This document shows positions 56,826 to 64,000 of a DNA stretch of 64,000 nt, in pieces. Numbering within the stretch: position 1 is the stretch's first letter; each line of letters begins with the position of its first letter. This stretch comes from Caecitellus pseudoparvulus (lineage: Eukaryota > Protista > Bigyra: Bicosoecida). The position numbers and the translations under genes were made by a program. The notes beneath the pieces were generated by a model that ran no database searches, was not told the origin of the DNA, and was given only the letters and a program-made list of their open reading frames with translations. The stretch lies in NCBI GenBank assembly GCA_965644315.1, contig CBFFRQ010000051.1, positions 66,341-130,340 of the forward strand, in the 5' to 3' direction.

Positions 56826-57620
56826 ATGCCTAAGAAGCGCCGGTACGTGGGGTCGAATGTGGCGGGGATGCGGGCTGCGGGCGTCTGCAGGCGAAAGAGT
56901 GTTTGTCCAAAGTCCGCACCAGCAGCAGCTCACCTGTCCCTCCTCCCTCTCGTGCACAGCAACGGCGGCAGGTCCCGCAAGGGCCGTGGCAAGACCACCC
57001 TGGTCGACTGCGGTCACTGCCGATGCAAGCCCCCTAAGGTGCGTGCGGAATGGGCGCCAGGCAGGCCGAGGGTTCGCATCAGTGCAGTGCAGCAGGTGTG
57101 AACAGGCCGGGGGGGCCAGGCCTCCGCTCGTGGCTTGAAATGGCAGGCAGTGTCTTGCATTCCATGCAAGTGTTGTGTTGTTTGCCTTTTCTACCCCGGG
57201 CGGCGGTGGTGGGCTGCTTTGTGGCGGCGTGTGTCTGTGCAGGCCTGCGGCTCTGCGGCTGCCTGCCGTGTGCACCATTCGCGGCATACCCTGGACGTCA
57301 CGCCGCCCGTCTTCGCTCCGTTGCAGGATAAGGCCATCAAGCGCTTCTCCGTGCGCAACCTGGTGGACTCTGGCGCCATGAACGACCTGAAGGCCGCCTG
57401 CGCCATTGACGGTGCGTGTGCAAAAGCCGCAGGGGTTAAGACGTCCCCGCACACGCCGACCCCTCCGCCTGCCGCAGCCTATGAGCCCCCTAAGCTGTAC
57501 AGCAAGAACTACTACTGCGTCTCTTGCGCTGTGCACTCCCGCATCGTGCGCGTGCGTAACGCACAGGCACGCCGCGTGCGCGAGCCCCCTGTCCGCATGC
57601 GCCGCCCCCGCCGGGACTAA
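56826..57620 (+). CDS. RPS26: 40S ribosomal protein eS26; 4 exons
   Basis: MPKKRR|NGGRSRKGRG..CGHC..PK|DKAIKRFSVRNLVD..|PKLYSKNYYCVSCAVHSRIVRVR. Introns at 56843-56959, 57039-57326 and 57412-57477. Confidence 0.95.
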
Positions 57621-57828
57621 GTGGCTAGCTGTGGAGGAAGTGTGCGCTGCCGGCCCGCTCCACATGGGCTTTGCAATGCACAAACAGTACACTCTGTCCA
57701 TGCTTGGCTTCGGTGCATTGCCCGGTTGCGGCAGGCTGAGGGCGGATGTCCCGCTGGCTCAGCCTGGCGCTTGGGGGCCAGCTCCCCGTCCACCACCACT
57801 TGACTCACGCACGTTGCAGAGGGGCAGG

Positions 57829-60800
57829 CTACAACAGCCCGCCCAGGGCGCCAACCACGCCACCCAGGCAGTCCCCAAGTCCGCCACAGACATCCCCCAG
57901 GCTGCCACACGCCGAACAGACGCCGCCGGCACACTCGCCGACGGAGCCCAGGAGGCCCCCCGCCGCGCCCATGCACTCCGGCACGGCGTTGCAGACGGAG
58001 GAGCAGCAGTCCCCCGCACTGCCCACGAGGTCGCCGCACTGCCCGCAGACGCCGTCCACCAGCCCGCCGGCACAGGAGCCACAGGCGCCGACGATTTCGC
58101 AGGAGCCGCACTGTCCCAGGCAGTCCTGGGCACCGCTGGCGATGCTGCCGAGGCAGCCGGGGACACAGCCACAGGCGTCGCCGCAGAACTGCCCCACGTC
58201 CCCGAAGCAGTTGTCCAGGAAGCCAGCCACGGGGCCGCAGTCGCCGCAGCAGCCAAACACCTCAGACAGGTCGGCGCCACAGCAGTTGCAGGCGGCGTCC
58301 CCCATGCCGCCCAGGGCGCCCCCCACTGCTGAGAAGCCGCTGGAGAAGGCGTCGCCGGCGCCGGACGCCATGCTGCCCATGCCAGCGACGAGGCCGCCGG
58401 CGTCGCCTGCGACCAGGCTGCCCACCGCCACGGCACCCGCCACGGCGGCGCCGACAGCCACGACACCCAGCGCCACCTTGGCGCCCGTTGGCAGTCCGCC
58501 CTTGGAGGCTTTGGACTTGGGGTCGGCCATCTTGGCGTTGCGCTTGGCGGGGTCGGCTTCCGCTGCGCGGCGCTCCTGCACTTCCTTCTCGGTGGTGGGG
58601 AAGGCCACCATGGCGGTGTGGGCGCAGGGCACGGAGTTGGCGACGGAGATGGCCACGATCTTCTCGCGCATGGCCATGACCTTGGGGTCCTTCGAGGAGT
58701 CGCCCCCCGCCAGCCAGTGCCCCGACACCAACAGGTCCAGCTGCTGCCGGGCGAACACCTTGGTCACGGGCACGAGGCTGGAGGAGTAGACCGGGATCTG
58801 CCGCTCCCACGCCCGGCCGTCGGGCAGACGCCCCCGGATGCCGATGACCTGCGGGTGCTGGCCGATGTAGCGCCCCGACACAACCACCGGCGCGCCGCAG
58901 TACAGGTCTGGGATGGGCGACGGGTACACCTCCAGGCCGCCGGAGTAGCACTGGGGCGGCATGCCCACTGCGATGTCCAGCAGCACGGGGGCGGAGGCCT
59001 TCTGCATGAGGGAGATGATGTTCTCCTGCAGCGTTTCAGCGCGCAGGGCGTTGTCGAAGTACCCTCGCCCCACCTGGGCGCTCTGCTGCAGGAAGTAGTC
59101 GTTGCACCAGCGGCCAATGCCGAAGGTGAAGAAGCGGTTGGGCGGCAGTTGCTGGGAGACGAGGGTGGCGTTGGAGGACTTGATGTAGCCGACGATGTGG
59201 TGTTCGTTCGGAACAGCGCCGTCGGTGAGCAGGAACACGATGGGCACCTTGGCGCCGGCAGTGGAGGGCGAGGCGGGTGCGGAGGGGTGCACCTGCCCGG
59301 GCGCGCCACGGTGCGGCCCCTCCTCCTGCTCCCCCCCCATGGGCCCACTGAGCGGGTTGCTGGCCGACATGCGCCCATCCTGCGTCACCACCGGCGCGGC
59401 GCCCACACTGCCCCGCAGCAGCGCGTTGGCCTGCATGACAGGCGTCAGGATGTCCGTCATGCCTGCCACCTCCACCGTGCGCACGTAAGCCTGGGCGGCA
59501 GACTTGTTGGCGGGGGTGGCGGGCACCAGGCGCACGCCCATGGCGCAGATGTCCTGCAGCTGGGCGGGCACGGCGGGCGGCGGCATGCCTGCCTCCGCCG
59601 CCTCCCGCTGGGCCGTGGCGGTGGTGGCGCCGTACTGCGCCTGGTCCTCCGACCGCCAGGCAGGCATGCCGGGGCGCCACCAGACGCGGCGCGAGTTGAA
59701 GACACACACGGCAAAGTCGTCGTTGGGCCCCAGTTCGTCCAGGCACCGCACGAGGGCGTCCTTGGCGATGTTGATGGTGGTGCCGGCCATACTACCAGAG
59801 TTGTCCAGCAGGAACACCATGCGCCGGCCGAAGGTGAGGGAGACACTGGACAGCTTGGGCGGGGACATGAACAGGATGAAGGAGCCGCCGTTCTCGCCGC
59901 GGGGCCCCGGCAGGTTCTCCATCAGCGCCGTCGCGGCGATGTCGGACGACCAGGCGTTGTACGAGACGACGAAGTCGCGGTTCTCGAAGGGCTGCCCCGG
60001 AGTCAGCTGCAGCTTGAAACGCTGCATGCCCTGCACGATGGGGCCCTGGCCCTGCACAGCCTGCATGGGGTGTGTGGAGACGCCCCACCGGGACTCTGGC
60101 GTGCCCGTGTTGATGTCTGCGTACAACTGCAGTGCCTCGTGCACCGGGCGCTCGCAGACTCCGCCGGGGAAGGTGAGGGGAACGTGCAGGGAATACTCGC
60201 CCTGCCGGAAGCGCAGGTTCTGGAAGTAGTTCACCTCCACGTTCATGACGGAGTTGCCGGGCGCTGCCGGGAAGGGCAGGCGGAAGATGTCAGGGTTGTA
60301 GTCCAGGCCATCGGGGCGGTATTTGGTCATGGCTCCCTGCATGGCAGGGTTGCCCTTCTGCTCCTGCGCCACCTGCGTGTCCATGACCACGGTGTCGTAC
60401 ACGTTGCCGTCAGACAGGAACACTGTCGCGGAGGACATGGTGCCGTCTGGCGTCATGGGCACCTGCGAGGGCGGGGAAGGCGCGCCGCCGTGCCAGATTG
60501 CTGAGCGCCAGTCAAAGGGGCGCTCCAACGCGCCGGCGCCGGCGCCGCCCTGCGCTCACCTCCAGAATGCAGTCCACGGCGTTGGGCAGGGAATTCACAA
60601 CTTGCGCCGTGATCTTCACGAATGCAACTGTGCAGCGGTGGGGGAGTGGCGCGTCAGTGCAGCGCACAGCTTGGCTTTGCTGGTTGCCGCGGCACGCGCC
60701 GGCAACCCCTGCAAGGCGCACACTCCCAGGCGCAGCCCGGCACAGGAGGAAGAAAGCACCATGCGGATCGGGAATCCCATGGTGAAGGTGCAGACCACCG

Positions 60801-60965
60801 CACAGCGCCGCGGCACGCACCTGCCACATGCACCTGCACGTTGACAGTCATGTTGCGCACAGGAAGCAGCAACGGCACCTCCCCGCTCAACGCCACGACA
60901 CGGGTGATGCTGGGCTTGGCCTCCACATCAAAGGGCACGGGTGGGATGGACCCTCCTGCAGACAT
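57829..60965 (-). CDS. vWA-domain protein (inter-alpha-trypsin inhibitor heavy chain-related) with a C-terminal hydrophobic segment and Cys/Gly-rich tail; 3 exons
   Basis: MIDAS-type motifs FLLDNSGSMAG, GMTDI and FLLTDGAV, plus FTFGIG..CNDYFL and EVYPSPIPDLYCGAPVVVSGRY. Start at ATG 60965 with two 5' introns. Confidence 0.85.
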
Positions 60966-61088
60966 GGCTCCGTAGGCTGCGCTGCCGGCCTGAAGCAGGG
61001 GCGTGGTGCAGTGCACCTGAGCCGGTTCCACTGCGCCTGCCGTCACCTGAGCGCGCTCTGTAAGGAGAGTTTGAAGAGTGTTTTTTTT

Positions 61089-61299
61089 CTAGAGCTCAAT
61101 TTTGCGCTAGTGAAGTGAGTGGGGCGACTGCAATGCTAGTGAGAATGCATGCCCAGAGGCACACTAGTGAGCGGGGGTGGTTGTGCTCGGTACTAGTAAA
61201 TTTCGCTGGGCGAGGCGCTACTAGTACGGAGGGCCGCCCAGCGCACTACTAGCGCACCGCCCAGCTGGACATTTTTCCTAGTAGTACATTCTTCGCTAG
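61089..61299. repeat. Phased array of nine CTAG palindromic cores with unique spacers
   Basis: CTAG starts at 61089, 61107, 61136, 61164, 61193, 61221, 61249, 61278 and 61296. Confidence 0.9.
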
Positions 61300-61414
61300 C
61301 GCAACAAGTTCGGTCTGCCGTGAATCGATTGCATTGAAACACACCTTGACAACCTGAAGAACAATGAAGTAGCTTCAGCACGGATGGCTCGGCGCCAGGT
61401 CGAGGGAGGGCATG

Positions 61415-63456
61415 TCAGGTTATCCTGGACACAATTTTGTGCGTAAGCACGGCCATCTCCGTCTGTACGTGGTGCTTCATGCGTAACGACGTCCACAGCA
61501 TGGCCAACATACAGCACGCACGCACCTTGTCGTCAACGGTCAGGCTGCTCAGGTCCCCACAATCAGTCACCCACTGCTTGTTCTTCACGTTCAAGCAGTC
61601 GACAGCAACGTTGTACGCAGCCTCCATCCATCGTAAGACAATCCTGGCCCCTTTTGCCACATCTTCTGGGCCACTGAGCGCCGCTTCCAAACGCCTGAAG
61701 CTGGGGTCGAAACGGGGGCCGCTACTGGAGTCCTCGGATCCCCGGCGTTTGAAAACAGCCTTGATGGTGGTATGATTGACGATGGCCTCACGGGCAACGT
61801 TGACTTCCTGCAAGCACAGGCGGTGCCTTGATCGATCAGCCCTTTTTTTGCCCCTCTCAGCCTGTGGCACAAAGAGAATGCATGAGAAAGGAGCATTCGG
61901 GCCCAGCATCACCTGTGCGGGTCTAGACTCACACACATACTTACCTTGGGCACCCAACTGTGGCGGTACTCAGGGTCCTCGGAAGACACCTCGAAGAAGG
62001 CTGGGTCGTGGTCAAGCTGAATGCTTGCACCTCCGGTGCACTTCTCATGGACTGGCTCGTACTTCCTCTGCATCTCGTGCCACGGTTCGAACTTTCCTAG
62101 GCATTCCGAACTGCGCAATGCTCAGAAGTCTGCTATGCTGCGCTCCACGGACTCGGAAGGAGTCCTCTGGGCACTCACCTCGTGATTTTGGCGCGGCACT
62201 TGCTCCTGACATTGCTCATGGCGGCCTTCAGCCCGGCGTAACTCGCACTCTTGCTGCTCTTCGCCATGTCCTTCAGCGCGCAAAGCACGCCACCCCGCTC
62301 GGTAAGCTCCTTCTGTATCGAAACCTTCCTCGCTGCTGCTATCACGTTTTCGAGGCATTTGAACTTCCACGGTGCTGAGAACCTAGGGTCGTCTAGAGCC
62401 CGGCTCGTGGCTTGTGCTCCAACCGGCACCCCATCTCCCCCTTCCTCTGTGGCTCCAGCCACCTCTCGGGCAACGTTCTGCTCGGCCTCAACTGCCTCGA
62501 TGGCTGCTCGTAGTGTGTCTACCAGGTTCTCGGGGTCTGCCAAGATGAACGAAGGGTTCTCGAGGATGAGGTCGACCACGATGCGGCGGGCTTCTGCCCT
62601 GAACTTTCGGGGCCATGGGATTGAGTCTGCGCCCCCACGGGCTCTAAGAGTTCACCCAGCTGGTCTCCCCCACGAGCTCCACGTTTCTTGGAGTTCTTTG
62701 CTTCCTGCTTCTGCGTTAGTGGACCAACCATACCCACTACCTGTGAAGTTCTGAATTGCCCCAGGCCAAGTGAGAGTTGGACAAGGGACATGGTGTTTGC
62801 GCTCCAAACGAAAACCTCGTTCAACAACTCGATGAGACGTTTCTCGCTGGGCGTGCCAATAGACTCAAGCAGCTCCTTCGCCGATTCAAGCTTCTCAGCA
62901 AGGTCAAGCGGCCTTGGTGCCTTGATCGGTCTGCAGCTCGCCATTGTATTTGCGGCGAAGGCTTCTGGGGAAGGGGAGCGGGATTGGTCCGGTCCAACGA
63001 AGCTTAGCAGTGGCCGTTAGAACGCTGTGGCTACCGTGACTGCAGAGCAGGTACGTACGAGCCGCAATGGCAGCACTAGAACCGCCCCTAGCTGTGCCGA
63101 ATAGCTCCCTGTCATCAAGGCATGTGAGTGCGTTGGCATCACCTGCACATGATGCTAGGGTGGGGTGGGGAGGCGCTGCACGGGCGTCGATCCTGTGGCG
63201 CGAACCAGTACGTACCATTACCCTCCAGAACGTCAGGCACCCCAACGACGGACCCAGTGCAGTTGCCAGGGTGAGATGCCCAAAGCACAACATCCCGTCG
63301 ACGTTTCCCGGCCATCACAGCTTTGGCAGCCGTGCTGCGGTTGAAGAGGTGTGCAGCCTCGAGGGGTGTGGCGATACTTAACGAAGCCACGACACTTGCC
63401 GTTGTGTCCCCTGCATCCTCGCTGTCAGAGCCCATTTCATCAAAGTGAAGTGACAT
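61415..63456 (-). CDS. Orphan multi-exon protein in island 2; one junction near 62.6-62.7 kb unresolved
   Basis: Successive minus-strand ORFs. The first two introns (GTACGT donors; 63215-63143 and about 63058-62965) restore the frame. Further GTGAGT and GTAAGT donors lie near 62178 and 61944, and the stop is at 61415. Confidence 0.5.
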
Positions 63457-63747
63457 GGTGAATGGTTGGGGTGGGTGTGCAACAAAAAGCGTATCTGAGG
63501 ACTTGGTGGGTCTGAAAGTACATGCAACGGTGGAATGTCGAGACAGACTGGAAATGCACTGGACGAGGTTGCAAGGCGCCTTCAATGCCCACAGCCCAAC
63601 ACACACCAACGACCAACATGAAGATGCTACGGCTGCCTGGCATTGTGTTGCGTTCTCGCCTCGCTGTGCGCGTTGCGTACGTACGGTAGGGGCGCCAACG
63701 CAAGCAACGGAACTCCGCCGGTGCCCTCACGCTACAGAAGACTCAGA

Positions 63748-64000
63748 ATGAGCGCCCGCTGCAAGCTCTGCAACAAGGAGTTCGACGACGAACGAGCTCT
63801 TGGCGGCCATATGGTCCATTGTCGTCGCAGGCGGATGAAGGCGTACAAAGAAGCACAAGTCCAACGGCTTCGTGAGGTTCAGGAGCGGCTGGCTTCAGAA
63901 GCTCGAACTACTCGCCTTGAACGCAAGCGCCACCAGCAAGCCGCGGCGCGGCCTCAACATGATGTGGGTGCCAAGCGCATGGCAGCCGGGCACTCACAAG
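63748..64000 (+). CDS. 3'-partial ORF with an N-terminal C2HC zinc finger
   Basis: MSARCKLCNKEFDDERALGGHMVHCRRRR.. stays open to the window end and is absent from the ORF track. Confidence 0.6.
   Translation, partial: MSARCKLCNKEFDDERALGGHMVHCRRRRMKAYKEAQVQRLREVQERLASEARTTRLERKRHQQAAARPQHDVGAKRMAAGHSQ

Larger units (their letters stand above)
61060..64000. mobile_element. Putative mobile element / foreign island 2 (left part only, unclassified)
   Basis: Visible drop in GC and change in codon style after the vWA gene, a CTAG array at the edge, and divergent orphan and C2HC zinc-finger genes. No transposase catalytic domain is visible within the window. Confidence 0.45.

Noticed and set aside
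4336-57477. Several stop-free introns of length 3n (Rab, NACA, CBP20, YqgF, calcyphosin, RPS26)
   Set aside because: Roughly what is expected for short GC-rich introns. They mainly mean the ORF track includes intron-derived peptide.
58618-60504. Long antisense ORFs (628 aa opposite the vWA gene, 497 aa opposite MVK, and others)
   Set aside because: Expected shadow ORFs of GC-rich coding sequence, with no recognisable motifs.
61089-61299. CTAG array as a CRISPR array
   Set aside because: The conserved core is only 4-6 bp, there are no cas genes, and the context is eukaryotic.
61937-61947. ATACTTACCT resembling the 5' end of U1 snRNA
   Set aside because: It is the reverse complement of an AG|GTAAGTAT splice donor of the minus-strand gene, and no U1 body follows.

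Overview
Gene-dense, GC-rich eukaryotic DNA with many short GT-AG introns (donors mostly GTGCGT/GTACGT/GTGAGT, acceptors mostly YGCAG/CACAG). The style suggests a compact protist genome, possibly a stramenopile; this is inference only. About 30 protein-coding loci are present. Housekeeping genes: PRP16/DHX38, Rab22/Rab5-like GTPase, NAC-alpha, CBP20, ORC2, mevalonate kinase, HROB/MCM8IP-like, RTF1, TUG/ASPSCR1-like, eS26 and calcyphosin. Other recognisable families: ankyrin, DUF4485, YqgF, FrnE/DsbA, LRR, FtsX-like permease, flavin amine oxidase, 7TM-TKL kinase, DUF1764 and vWA. There is also a four-copy tandem array of Sel1-repeat genes. The most unusual signals are: (1) a phased array of nine CTAG palindromes (spacing 18,29,28,29,28,28,29,18) at the left edge of a lower-GC island that runs off the window; (2) two islands (about 24.6-27.4 kb and 61.1->64 kb) sharing one layout, an orphan minus-strand gene divergent from an ORF with an N-terminal C2HC zinc finger, suggesting an unclassified mobile-element family; (3) ORC2 fused to PZP and PHD chromatin readers and a lysine-periodic GKAGS repeat; (4) Sel1 genes built as 2+3n repeats between nearly constant caps; (5) a recurrent AATGCA / palindromic AATGCATT motif between convergent stop codons. 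I recognised no rRNA, tRNA or CRISPR array. Exon boundaries were read by eye and family calls come from motif recognition, not database searches.
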